64,000 bases of DNA from Sminthopsis crassicaudata (Eukaryota), in the NCBI RefSeq assembly GCF_048593235.1, contig NC_133619.1:651598558-651662557 (forward strand). Reading direction: 5' to 3'. A program made the position numbers and the translations under genes. The notes under the pieces are model-generated. The model was given only the letters and a program-made list of their open reading frames with translations, was not told the DNA's origin and ran no database searches. Every line of letters starts with the position of its first letter. Position 1 is the first letter of the stretch. Below, piece by piece: positions 31,174 to 59,399 of this stretch.

Positions 31174-32313
31174 TCCGATGCTTGCAGGAGCGTGCAAGGG
31201 ATTTCTGGGATTCTGGGCTGGGAGGATCATCTGGGCCCCCCACCCCCAAACCCCGACCTGGGGAAGGGCTGCCTGGATCCTTGAAGGAAAGGAACCAATC
31301 CAGAGATCCCTAGGAATAAATGAGCGGAGGCGGGGTCTTTGAAACAGTTTTCTTTCACCAAGATCACTGACATCTGAGGTGGGGCCGTTGGGAGGGGGTC
31401 CACCCCCTGCCCAGCCCTGGCCCCGGCGGATTCTCCCATGCAAAATAAAAAACAAAAACAAAAAAACAAACGAAACAAAATAAACAAAAGAACCAGAACA
31501 GAACGGAAAAAACAAAAACGGAGCCCGCAGGGAAGACCGGGAACCGGGCAGGGAGGAGACACCTGGGTTCCTTCTCTCCCTTCATCCCAATTCCCAGAAT
31601 AAAGGGTTAGGGAGAGGGAAGGACGAGATCCAGGGAACGCGAGACACACGGACGGGGAAAGGGGCCCCCAAACCCCACCCCATAGATGCCTGCCTGGATA
31701 ATCGGGACCGAGGCGTCCCAGATAATCAGAGAAAACGAGGCTTCCACGTTCCCCTTCCCCTTCCCCTAAGGAAGGGGAAGGGGGAAGAGAAGAGGGGGCG
31801 GGGCCTGTAGCAGCGAGTCCCCCGCGGTGGGGCGCCCGGGAGGACTGGGGCCCCAGGGTCTGAAGGGAGAGGGAGGACAGTAGAAAGGAAGGAGCGGGGT
31901 CGGGCCACTCCCCGCCCCCAGCATGCGGCCCCCGAGGAGGCGGGGTTGCATCCCCTCCCCCCTCACTGGAAACAAATAAATTACAAAGTAGCAAAAGGGA
32001 GGAGGAAGATTCCAAACTGCCCCCTCCCTTCCCGAAATCCAGTTCACTTGGATTGGCCAGAGGCTGAGACGCCTCTCCCTCCCGGTCTGTACAAAATGGT
32101 TCAGTCCAGAGAGCCCCTCTAGTCTCTCCAAACCCGGTCCTTTCCGAAGGCGAGTCCATTCTCCTGGAGGGGGGAGCAGGACAGACCTTTATCCCCCTAC
32201 TGAGGCTTCTCCTGGGTGCGCCCACCTGTACCGAAGGAGGGGGGAGGGCGGGTCAGGAAGCTCGGAAAGCCGTGGCTCCGGGACTCCCGAAGGCACCCTC
32301 ACCTGGCTGAGCA

Positions 32314-48047
<15,734 letters not shown>

Positions 48048-50050
48048 TTATGATTACAGTTTAATATGATCAGCTCACAGGATTATCAGATTGTGGAGCT
48101 CACACCCTGGACTGGAGATCGTGGCCTTAGAGGCCACCTCGTCTGGTCATCTCATTTTTACAAATGAGACAAGTGATTCCTGGAAATCTGGAAGGACATG
48201 CAGGTGGAAAAGTGTCTCTGGGGCAGAATTTGAACCCAGGTCCTCTTAATCCAGCTCCCATCCTTTCAGGTTCACCCTCCCAGGTATCCAGCTCCCTCAG
48301 GGACCCAGTAGGCATGAAGCAAGGGGAGGAACTTCCAGGAGCTGTGGGTGTGGCCTGGGGAATGAGGTGAGCCTGTCTATCCACCCTGTGGTGGTATCAG
48401 GTCAGACGGGTCTGGTTGGAGGGCAGGAGGGTGGAGGAAGCCAAGACTTTCACCCTGTTCTTTCCTTCAGCAGTTCAACCGGTTTGGGGAGTGCCAAGGG
48501 CCAGTTCGGCCCCACCTGCAGTTTGGATCCCCACATACTTGGCTCCCTGAGGATGCTGGAGCTATGGCCACTAGGGTTCCCGAGAGGGGTGACAGGAACC
48601 CCCAAGGGGTGGCAGCTGGGTCTCAGCCAGCTAGATTGGGCATCCTCTTCCTCCTCATCCCTCTCCATCCAAACACCACCAAGAAGGAGCCTGTATACAT
48701 TCCCTTCCGGGGAGTAAACACGAGCACGGGCCTGAGAAAAGTGGACAGTCCCAAGAGCAGGGATGTGTGAGAGTCAGAAGGCCCAGCCCGAGGGAGGTTT
48801 CTGGAGCCTAGAGTCCATAAGGTCAGCCCAGAAACTTGGGACGTTCGGGCATCTGGCCTGGGACCCAGCACCCAGAACGCATGTAGCTGGGGCACACCTG
48901 GAACACAGGATGTAGCTAGGATGTCTAGAACATGACCCGGGACCTGGACCTGGCTAAAACATAGCATGCGACTGAGACAAATCCAGAATATGGCACACAG
49001 CTGGATCATATAGAAAGCGGAGCATATGGCTAGGGATGAGTCTAGAACACAGAAAGTGGGTGGAACACATTCAAAACACGGACATATATGGCTCAGCCCT
49101 TAGGCTCTGCACCCCCCTTCGGCGCACACAAACAGCCCTTTAAAGCCTTTCTCGAAGGAGAAACGAAGGCTCCAGTGAGGCCCTAGCCCACCGAGGGGAA
49201 CGCTCAGACCCTGCACACCCGGGGCTGGGCCTCCCTAACACACCAGACCCGAGAAAACACCTAGTTTCCCGAGAGGGCAAAGGGCTGGGAGAAGGGACGC
49301 CTGGGTCCCCGAGGAGCCGAGGGATGGAGGCTTTGGCTCCTGTCTTCCTGGGGGGTGGGGGGTGCAGGTGGCTGCGGTCCAGACGGCTGGCTCCCGGATG
49401 GCCCAGGACAAGCCTAGAGACCGGGCGCTTGAAGGAAAAGGGGGCCGGGAAGGTCTAGGCAAGCCGGTTTCACCATGGACAGCTCCAAGAGCGGGCCTGA
49501 GGCCAGAGCCCGCGACCGGCCGGAGGATCCCGCCTCAGGGCCCGAGTTGGGGTTCTAGAATGGGGCCGCTGGCCAAAGATGGGCGGAGATGAATGAGGCG
49601 GGTGCGGCCCCGGGGGGAAGCCAGGACGCAAGGGTCCGGGAGAAGGGAAAGATGGAAGTGGGGGAGCCATCCAGCGGGGGCTGGGGGAAGGGACCACTGC
49701 TCGCCGAAGGGACAGGGGCTGGGGCCCGGATGTCTGGGTCCCCGGCGGATTCTGGGGAGAACAGCATGTCTGGGTCCCTGCGAGGTCCCAGGGAAGCCTG
49801 GACGCCCGGGTCCCAGAGGGACACTGGGGCAGGTAGGGACGCCTGCCCGGGTCCCTGCGGGATGTTGGGGAGGCCGGGATGTTTGGATCCCTAAAGGATG
49901 TCAGGGCGAGAAGGGACGCCCGTCCGGTCCTTGCGGGATGCCGGGACGCCTGGGTCCCCGCGGGACGTCGGGGGGGGGGCCGAGACGCCGGGGTCCCTGC
50001 GGGACGTCGCGGGACCAGAACGCCGGGGTCCCCGGGGCTCTGTCTCTTAC

Positions 50051-50600
50051 CTGATCGGGCGGCGGCGCTGGGGCTGCAGCGGGGGCGGGGGTGGCGGGAG
50101 CCCCGAGGAGGCCGGGAGGGGCCCCCGCCTTCCTGCCTTCCTGCCTTCCCTCCTTCCCCGGCTCGAGGTCTCGCAGTCTCCCCTCCCTCCTTCCCTCCCT
50201 CCCTTCTGCTCTCGCCGTCCGCCCGGCGCTGTCTCTGTGTCTCGGCGTCTCTGTCTCTCTCTGTCTCTGGGTTGCTGTCTCTGTCTCTGGGCCCCGGCTC
50301 GGGCTCCCCCCGTGAGGCCGCAGCTGCCCCCTCCCCCGCCCCCCCCGCTCCCCCCAAAATCCAGCAGCCCCCTCCCTGCACTCCCGGGGCCGCGGCCCCT
50401 TTAACAGCCGCCTGACGGACGGCGAGCTTGAGCCAATGGGGGGGTGGTACTGGGCCCGGCGCGCCCGAGAGACCCTCCCCTCGGCGGGGCGGGCGGGGGG
50501 CGGGGGTGGCGCCGGCCAATGAACGAGTTTGGGGGGCGTGACCCGACTCGGAGCCCAAGCGATGATGTCACCACCGAGGAGCGCGAGCCCGAGGCTCCCC
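50051..50600 (-). promoter_or_regulatory. PPFIA3: PPFIA3 non-coding first exon and CpG-island promoter
   Basis: Strong donor CGATCAG|gtaaga at 50051/50050 can splice to the acceptor at 47935 upstream of the ATG; two CCAAT boxes (about 50433 and 50516) and GC boxes. Confidence 0.65.
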
Positions 50601-51214
50601 CAGCCCCTCCCTCGCAGAACTCGGGACCGCGCTGCGGGGGCGGGGGCGAGGAAGGAGGGGAAGTTGCGGGGATTCTCCCACAATGCACTGCGTTCTCCCC
50701 TCCCCCCCACTCCGAGCATCTGCTGTCTGGGCGGAGAGTCGAAGGCGCGGGCGTTGATTGGATGCTAGGGGAGACCCAAGGAGGGGGGGGGGTCTCCTCC
50801 CACGGTCCTGGGATTTCCCACCCCCCAGACCAGAGGCTTCCTCCCTCAGCTATGAGGTCCCCCTCCTACACAACAGCCAGACCCCTGGCCTCTTCCCTTT
50901 CTCCAGGTTTCTTCCCACCTCCAGTCCCTCCCCCAGTCCTCCGGACTGCAGCCTCTCCCTCCAACACTCCCTGTCCTCCCACCTGGATCTTCCTCCCTAA
51001 GACCATGGCATCCTAGGGAAGACCTGGGGACCTTTCCCCCTGATTCTGCGGCAGGAAGGACAGACAGGCAGACACAGGGCGGGGAGAGAAGAGCTTTAAA
51101 TAGGGTCTCAGGAAGGACTGGGTGAATAAATACTGTACAGAGGGGTCAGGGTGGGCAAGGGGGAGAGAGGGCTCATAGGCAAGAGTGATGGAGCAGGAGC
51201 CAAGCCAGGAGAGC

Positions 51215-54200
51215 TCAGCCTCGGGACTCCAGGGACCTGTGGGGGGAGAGAGAGAGAGAGGCAGTGAGCAGACGCTTTGGGAGCCCCACAAGGCTACAAA
51301 GGCAGGAGCTGTAGCCCACCTCCCTGCAGCCTGCTCTGCTTTGGACAGTGCTGGGCAGGCTCAGACCACTGAACCCTCCCCCTGAGGTGGCTACTCCAGC
51401 CCTCACTGATCTTGATTTGGCCAAGAAGATAACCTAGATTCCCGAAGTGCTTCCCCTGTAGTCCCTTAGCTGGTTAGCGCCCCTGCTTCCACGTCCCCTG
51501 ACCTCTCTCAGAGGCTCCAAAAGCTCTCAGAAGGGGCAGGGGAGACGGCATGGCTAGGGCTGAAGTTCTTAAGCAGGGGTTAACCAGCAGACACCTCCAA
51601 AGGGTCTGGGGCTACATGGAGTTTCTTGAACTCGGATGGGGAAAAACAATTGCTCCTTTCTTTTCCCTAACCTCTCCCTGTAATTTAATACTTCCTTCCA
51701 TTGTGAATAGAGGCCAAAAGTAATTCTGAGAAGGGGTTGACGTGCCTGAGCCAAAGGATGCCGTCCACACAAAGGCAAAGGACTCTACCCTCGAAGCCCT
51801 TCCACTCCCCAAGGTACTATCGGGAGAAGCAGCCAGCAATTGCTGAGTCCGGCTTTCTCCTTTGTAAAATGGGGATACAAAGACCCTCGGTATTCGTACA
51901 GTCTGTTGGAATATGATCTCCAGAGCAGGGGTCTGGCTTTCCTTTTTGCAATACTTAGCACAAAGCCTGGCCATAGCAAGCAAGTGCTTCCGAAATGCCA
52001 GTTGACTGAGTGGATGGCTGAGTACCTCTCTCTGCTATTGTGAGAATCGAATGAAATGAATGTAAAGTGGAAGACATGAGTAACTGCTATTGTTGGCGGC
52101 CCGGTAGGTTCTGAAAGGTTTGGCAGGCTCTAAAGGGTTGGAGAGAGACCCGAGGTGCTTTGCAAGGGCTCAGTGAGGGACAAAACTCAAAGGTATGAAA
52201 ACTGAGCTCTAAGGGGCTTGATGAGGGCTAACAGAAGAGTGTTAAGGGTTAATGAGCATGTAAAGACTGCAGGGCCATGGGAAATGTTAAGAGGCAGGGT
52301 AAGGGCTCAAGAGGGCTTCGAGGGGGCTTCCGAGAGGGGCTTAATAATAATTAAATATGATTTGGTAAGATTTGTTATGGGCTAAAGGTGCAGGGTAAAC
52401 ATTAGGGAGCTTGGTGAGAACTAAAGGTGGCTTGGTAAGGTCTAAGAAAGATTTGCTACGAGGCAAAGGAGCTTGGTAAGAGTAAAAGGGTATGGCAGGG
52501 GTGAAAGGGCAATATGGTAAGGTTTAATGGGCTTGGTAGAGACTGAGGAGCTTGATGAGGAGTAAGGAACATGGAAAGGACTAAGGGGCTGGCTGGGGAG
52601 TAAGGGGATTCTAGGGAGCCCAGGGGCTCAAAAGAGGCTCAGGGGCTCGGAGCTAAGGGGCTCAGTGCCGTTTAAGGAGAACAGTAAGGACTAAGCTCTC
52701 ACGAGTAGCTCTGGTGCTGTTGGCGCCGCCGAGCTGAGCGCATCTTCTCAAACCGGGCCTCCATCTCCTCCAGCACTCGAGGTGTGTACCGGACAACGAG
52801 CTTCACCGTGCCTTGAGCAGCCTTGAGCAGCTCCACAGCCTTCTCATGCTGCTCCCCCTCCACACTCTGCCAGAGAGGAGATCCTATCCAGCCTGGCCTC
52901 AGCCCCAAACCTCCCCAGCCCTTTTCCCAACCTGCCAGCTCAACTTCTGCCTTCACTTTGCTGTGTGACCCTCCCTGGGTGACAGTGTCCCCATCCGTAT
53001 AATGGGTAAAGTGGGACACAGTGTAGTCTGATGGCCTTTAAGGCTGGCAGTTCCCCTGCCACCAAAGAGAGGGCTGGATTACATGTTGTCTACGCTTCCT
53101 CCTGGCCCTGGCCGCTAATGTCACCCCGTTTCCCAAGGGCCCTCCTTGACAGCAGGAGCCTCTTCCTCTTCAACACCTTTGCTACAAGAGCTAGAATCAA
53201 AGACTTTGGATGGGCACCCTGATTCCACTACAGACTCCCTAAGTAATCTTGGGTGGGCTTCAGGATCCCCGTACGTGACGATGGAAGTTTCCGGATTTCT
53301 CGGTCCAATAGTGCTTGTCTTCCTCCTCCGGGTCCTGCTCTAGTCTTCCCAAGCCACCCCCAGTCTCCTGGAGATCCCCAGCCGGCCCCAGGACACCCCC
53401 ACACAGCCAGGCCCTCACCACTCCATTGACGGAGAGCAGCTGGTCCCCTCTCTTGAGGCCGCCGTGCCGGTCAGCCACGCCACCAGGAATGACTCGAGAG
53501 ATGTAGATGGGGGAGTTCTGCTCTTTCCCGCCCATGATGTTGAAGCCCAGGCCCTCGTCTGTCCTGGGCAGTTCCACCACTCGGGGGTGGGCATGGCCCT
53601 CGCTGGCAGCAAAGGCTGCTACAGTGGCCTAGAAGGGACAGGAGCCAGAGGCCACGGTCTCTGAGGGAATGGAGGCTGGGGCCAGGAGGGGACTCCCTCA
53701 TGTGGAAAGTCTAGGAGCTCAAAAAAGGGGTATAGAGCTCCTTAAAAAGTAGAGGGCTGAGGAGGCAGCTCATTGGTCCCCGAGGAGGTAGGGATCTGTG
53801 GGGAAATGGGTCTCTGAGGAGACAAGCGCATGGGAAGGGAAGTCTGGGTCCCTGGAGATCTGGGGGGGGGATTGAAGAAAGGCACATTCAGGTGCCTGGG
53901 GTAGTAAGGGGGCAAGCAGGGAGACCCATAAGTTCTTAAGCAGATAGGAATGTGGGGGAAGGGGAAATCCAGTGGGAGAAGATCCCTGGGTATCTAAGGG
54001 ATGGATTATAGGGGAAGTAAAAGCCCGAATCCTTGGAAAGGCCAGATTCACCTTGGCTGTGGCATGAGCCCGGATCTCTGCACTGCCTGTGATATCCAGA
54101 GTGTCGTAAAGCTGTTCGTACACCTGAGGAAGCAGAAGCTGTCAGAGATGCTGGGGGGCAGGCCCCCAACGCTCAGCTCCCCCCAGGACCTGAAGGACAC

Positions 54201-55407
54201 TCAGGAACCACTGTCCCCCTGAGACGGGAGGATGAACAAGCTGCCGAGCAATGGTCAAGCAGGCCTGGGCTCTATACAGATGCAGTCCTTCCTCTCAGAC
54301 CCCGGGGAAGTGGAGGCTGGAGAGAGGTGGATGAGGGTGACCTAGGTGTCCCCTCCCCGGCAGCCTTCCCCCAAGAAGAGGAGAACAAGCATCTATTACC
54401 AAGCACTGTGGGAAGCACTTAACAAATCTGGTCCTCTCCACCATTCTGGAACCTAGGAGCTATTAGTATCCCCATTTTACAGTTTAGGAAACTGAGGAAG
54501 AAGAGACTTAACTGACTTGTTCGGAGATACCGAGCATCTGAGTCGGCTGGCTCCACCCCCGCACCCTCCGAGGCCCAGGTATCCCCCGGCCCCGGCAGCG
54601 CCCCGGACTCGGGCAGCGCCCCACCCAGGAGGTAGGGAGAGAAACGACAGATTCCCGCGGCCTGGAGGCTGAAAAAGCTGGGGAGGGGGCTTAGGTGTCG
54701 CGAGGCTTGTTGGGACTTGTAGTTCGGCCCGCGAAAGGGTGGCTGGGTTCAGGTGCTCGCTCACCTCCCGGATGGCCGAGCAGAAGCGGCTCTGCAGGAC
54801 TCGCTGGAGGGCCTGCAGCTTCTGGGGGGGCAGCTCCCCGCTGCGCTGGAGCCGCTCCAGGAGCTCCACCGCCCGGGACACGTCTGTGGGGGGACAGGGA
54901 GGAGGCAGGGACGGGGGAGGTGAGCGCGGGGCGAGACGGGCGGGATGGGTGGAGGAGGCAGGCACCGGGGAGGGAGGGCCCGGGGCCCAGGCGCAAGGGG
55001 AGCCCGAGAGACGGCCCCGGGGAGAGCGGGGGACAGACGGGGGCGGGAGGCAGGGACCAGAGATACCCAGAGACACAAAGACACACGCCCGCAGAGACCC
55101 GCCGAAGAGAGATGGAGAGACTGGCAAAGGGGAGCGGGGGGAGGGGAGGAAGGGACTGGGAGGGGACGGAGAGAAAGGGAACGGCCGTGGGGAGAGGGGA
55201 AGCGGGCACCGAGCCGGGGACAGCACCGAGAGAACGAGGCACCGCGGAAGGCAGGTGGCGGGGACACAAAGACAGAGGAGCCCAGCGGAGTCGGGGTTCC
55301 CCAAGGCCCCGGCTGCCGGGCTCACCCCCACGTCGGGACGGACCCCCGACTCCCCCCAGCCCGGCCTTACCCCGTTCCAGCCCCAGCGGCTCCGCGAGCG
55401 CGGCCAT
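51215..55407 (-). CDS. LIN7B: Protein lin-7 homolog B (L27 + PDZ domains), 6 exons, 207 aa
   Basis: Exons (-): 55407-55371, 54883-54765, 54123-54052, 53628-53419, 52866-52703, 51236-51215; 624 nt. [47 protein letters not shown]...[44 protein letters not shown]...SLESRG*. Confidence 0.97.
52130..52695. repeat. Highly degenerate purine-rich minisatellite in LIN7B intron 5
   Basis: Recurring ggcttggtaagg / ctaaggg-like motifs with a loose period of about 20 bp. Confidence 0.55.
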
Positions 55408-56330
55408 GTCTGCGCCTCCGCCGGGCCCCGCCCGCCCGCCCGGGACCGGGGACGGAGGGACTGACGGAGGGAGGGAGGGACCAGGGGGGGAGAAGCCCCG
55501 CCCCCTGGCCGGTCAGGCCCGCCCCGGCCCGAGATGCCGCCTGCCTGCGGGTGCTCCGGCTCCCCCTCCCTTCCCCCCAGCCCCCGCGGGCCGGCTCGGC
55601 TCCTCCGCGCTCTTCCTCCCCTCTTCCCGTTCCCCCTTCCTGCCCTTCTGGTCCCCCCTCCCAGCGGTGTCCGCTCTTTCTCTCCCCGCTGCCCGAACCC
55701 CTTTTCCGCTGGGACTGTCCCCCCTCTCCCCCCGCCCTCCCCCGGTCCCCCTTCTCCCCGCCGCCCGGCCCCTCTCCAGGGCCCCTCCCCCGCTTCTGCG
55801 TCCACCGCGCGACACTGTCCCGTGCCCTGTCCGCCCTCCCTCAGCCTCCGTCGGCTGCCCGCCCATCTGCCTTGATTTCCCCACGGGGCCGTCAGGCGCC
55901 AGGACTGGCAGGCCCGAGAGGCCTGAGCCTTCCGAGCGGTCCCGAGGTGGCGTGCGCGGTGTCCCGGAATTCCCGGCCCCTGGATGTCGGGCGGGGATGC
56001 CCCCCAGGTACGGGCCGCTGGGCTCCCTCCCCGCCGCCTCCGGCTCTCGCGAGCGGGCCCGGCTCCTCCGCGGCGCCCATCTCCACCCCCGCGTTCCCTC
56101 GAGCCGCTTTCCCTCTCTCCGTCCCCACGGCCGGGTGCCCGGCTCCTCCTCGCTTTCCGTCTGGGCTTTCTTCTCTCCTCGGTGTTCTCGGCCGGCCCGT
56201 CTTCCCCCTTCTCCCGGCTCCCCACGCTTCTTTCCCCGCCCGCCCGTCAGTCCTCCGCTTTCCCCTCCGGTTTTCTGGGACTAGTTTGCGGCTGTATCGC
56301 CTCGGGCTCCGTCCGAACCGCCCAGAGGCG
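55408..56330. promoter_or_regulatory. LIN7B: LIN7B CpG-island promoter
   Basis: CpG-dense, GC-box-rich sequence directly upstream of the LIN7B ATG. Confidence 0.65.
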
Positions 56331-56571
56331 CAGTGGACAGAGCCCGGTGCTGAAGCCAGGAAAGCTTCATCTTCCAGTTCGAATCCAGCCTCGGACACTA
56401 GCTGTGTGACCCCGGGCAAGTCACTGCTCTCCCAGGCCCTCATGTATAAAGAAGGAATGACAAACCTTTCCGGGATCTTTGCCAAGAAACCCCAAGATTG
56501 AGGGGTCCTGAGCAACCCACAAACATCTCACTCTCTCTGACATCCAGTAAGGACTTAATAAGGTGCATTCA

Positions 56572-56845
56572 TCCTTCCTGCCTGTTGTCCCTTCCCTGGG
56601 ATGCTCCTTCCTGCCTGTTGTCCCTTCCCTGGGATGCTCCTTCCTGCCTGTTGTCCCTTCCCTGGGATGCTCCTTCCTGCCTGTTGTCCCTTCCCTGGGA
56701 TGCTCCTTCCTGCCTGTTGTCCCTTCCCTGGGATGCTCCTTCCTGCCTGTTGTCCCTTCCCTGGGATGCTCCTTCCTGCCTGTTCTTCCTTCCCTGGGAT
56801 GGTCCTTCCTGCCTGTTGTCCCTTCCCTGGGATGCTCCTTCCCAT
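56572..56845. repeat. 33-bp minisatellite (about 8 copies)
   Basis: Near-perfect tccttcctgcctgttgtcccttccctgggatgc units. Confidence 0.97.
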
Positions 56846-57099
56846 CTGTCCCCTTCCTGTTGTCTTTCTCCCTCTCTGCTGAGGCCCGCAGGTCTTCTCC
56901 CCTTCCTTTGTTTTTCCCTACCTCCCTCCCCTCCCCTCTCTCTCGTCATTCCCCCCAACTCTGTCTTCCCAAACTTCAACTCTGAGAACTGGAAGGCCAG
57001 TAGCCGGCCACTGACAGGACAAGATCCTTTTCTGCACTCACTGGCCTTAGAGGCTTCGAGAAACCACTCTCCTCTCCCATCCCACACGTGACACTTCAG

Positions 57100-58020
57100 A
57101 CTTAACACCTCAGTTCTTTCTTTTCTCCTCAACCCTCATTCCTTCTATGGAGGGCCCCCAAACATCAACTTCCCGGCTCCCATAACCTGTACCCACCTCA
57201 GGCACCCATCCACGTGCTCGGATCCTGGCTTGGGCCATTATTCTGGCCATCCTGAACTCTGAATTCCTCTTTGCTAACAACCGTTGTATCTTCCCAGTCC
57301 CAGTCCCAGTCTTACTTGTCCTAAGTACTTCATCCTTGCCACGCCGTCCAGGAACATCCAGTCAATCATTCTTGCGGTGACATTTCTCTCCTTCAGACTC
57401 TTGACTCTATTGTGGATCTGTTTAAGTTATATTTGACTCTATTGTTGATCTGTTTAAGTTATATGTGAGCCCTGTGCTCTTCTTGCTTCCTTGGCCTATC
57501 AGCAATCATCGCAAAATGCCAAGTCTGGGCTGCCTGCACCACCGCCCCCTTTATCTGCACAGAGTGCAGAAGGTCTCACAAGCATAGCGATGGGGACCAC
57601 TACAAATATATGGTACCTAGATTCATCTGAGGCTTCACTGCTGCAAAACAGTTCCTTTTCTTCCTTCCCAATGGACTCAAATTCTGCGAGACTCATCCAA
57701 GCCTTTTAGGATCTTCCCACCCTACTCTTAACATAGGACCTGAGCTCCTAGAGAACATTACAAAAAAGCCATCCGTTATGACTTCATTTTCTTCCCTATT
57801 CTAGAGCTCAAGACTGTGATGGGGAATTAATCAATGTAATTCCACCATTGTCTTCTCCACGGCTCTGGTTTCCCAATGAAGAGGTAGCCCTTCTTCTCAT
57901 AAAACTGCCTTTCGATTTATGTTCTTGATCCCTCTTCCTCCCATCTCTTATAGGAACCGTTCTGCCTTTCCTCTTTCTTCTTCAGTCTCTCTGTCTCTCC
58001 TTCCTCGTGACCAATGACTC
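57100..58020 (+). mobile_element. LINE-2 ORF2 remnant
   Basis: ggaccactacaaatatatggtacc...aggcttcactgctgcaaaacagtcc-like and gaagaggtagcccttcttctc...tcccatctc segments resemble L2; contains a 32-bp tandem duplication at 57401-57464. Confidence 0.6.
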
Positions 58021-58049
58021 CACACACTGTGACTTTCCAGGTGGAAACC

Positions 58050-58745
58050 TCCTCCAATTATGCCCAAAGGATTATAAAACTGTACATATTCTTTGACCCA
58101 GAAACATCACTAATAGGTCTGCATGTCAAAGAGATTAAAGAAAAAGAAAAGGACCAAGTTGCACAAAAATGTTTATAGCAATTCTTTTTGTAATAGCAAA
58201 GAACTGCAAACTAAGGTGATGTCCAAAAATTGGAGGATAGATGAACAAGTTGTATATAATTGTGCTGAAATACTATATGAAATGACAAGCAAAATGGTTT
58301 CAGAAAACCTTCAAGGGTTTTTCTAAGAACTGATGCAAAATGAAGCAAATAGACCCAGTAAAACATCGTATACAGTAGCAGTGACTTTAAAATGATAAAC
58401 AAACATGGAAAACTTAGCTGCTCTGATCAAGGCAATGATCAGACAATTCCAAAAGGACCCATGATGAAAAATGTCATTCATCTCCAGAGAACTGATGAAA
58501 GCTCGAAGCACATTTTTTCACTTTACTTTATTTTTTGCTTTCCTGTGTTCCCTTTTTGTTTTGTTCCCTTTTTGGTTAATATGGAAATTTGTTTTGCAAG
58601 ACTTCAAAAGTATAATCAATATCATATGGCTTGCCTTATCAATGGGTTGGGAAGGAGGGTGAGAATTTGGAACTTAAACTTTTAAAAAATGAATGTTAAA
58701 AATGTTCATGTAATTGGGAAATATTTAACAAAGCAAACAAAAAAA
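58050..58745 (+). mobile_element. LINE-1 ORF2 C-terminus and 3' UTR fragment
   Basis: cccaaaggattataaaac...tttgacccag...atgtttatagcaattctttttgtaatagcaaagaactg, running into the same 3' UTR seen at 1965-2400. Confidence 0.8.
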
Positions 58746-59399
58746 AATTTTTTTAAACTAGAGGGAGTGGGGAACTCCTCCATTATATTAACCATTAGAA
58801 CGACAGTTCCTTGAGGACAAAGAATGTTGAATTTTTCATATTGCATTTCCAGTTTTGTTTTTTTTTTAAAGGCAGTGATATCTGAAATGTGGCTTCTTCC
58901 CTTCCCTCCCATTGCTTTCTTTCCTCTTCCAAGCAATCTGAGAGAGGATACAGCACCATAACACATTGTTTTACCATTCACAATTCATCACCGCTTATTA
59001 AATCAGATTCTCCCAGAGCTTACTACGCTTTCTTATTTTAATTTAAATACCCTCAGAAATTGCATTAAATTGCTTTCAGGATCACTGCCAAGATGTTTAA
59101 AAGATCAAGAAAAGTCATTGAGCTGAATTGGTTTATGAATTACAAGGGGAGATCTGGCATAAACTATGAATCCAGAGGACTGACAATGTATAATTATCAT
59201 AACAACTTTAAAAGGGATCAGCTTTGTTTTAAAATTATGTATTTTAAAAATATTTATTCTTTCTTCCTCCCACTCCACCCCCCCCAAGTTGAGCAATAAA
59301 AAATAAGAAGGAAACCCTAAAGACAAACATGGTAATAGTCCCACAAAACAAATTCCACATTGGCCACGTTCAAAAACGAATGAATCATTCTGAATTCTC

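Noticed and set aside
54477-56284. 500-580-aa ORFs over the LIN7B 5' end
   Set aside because: Stop-poor GC-rich CpG-island sequence; only the LIN7B exon segments have recognisable protein content.
57401-57464. 32-bp tandem duplication
   Set aside because: A simple two-copy duplication inside a decayed L2 with no sign of function.
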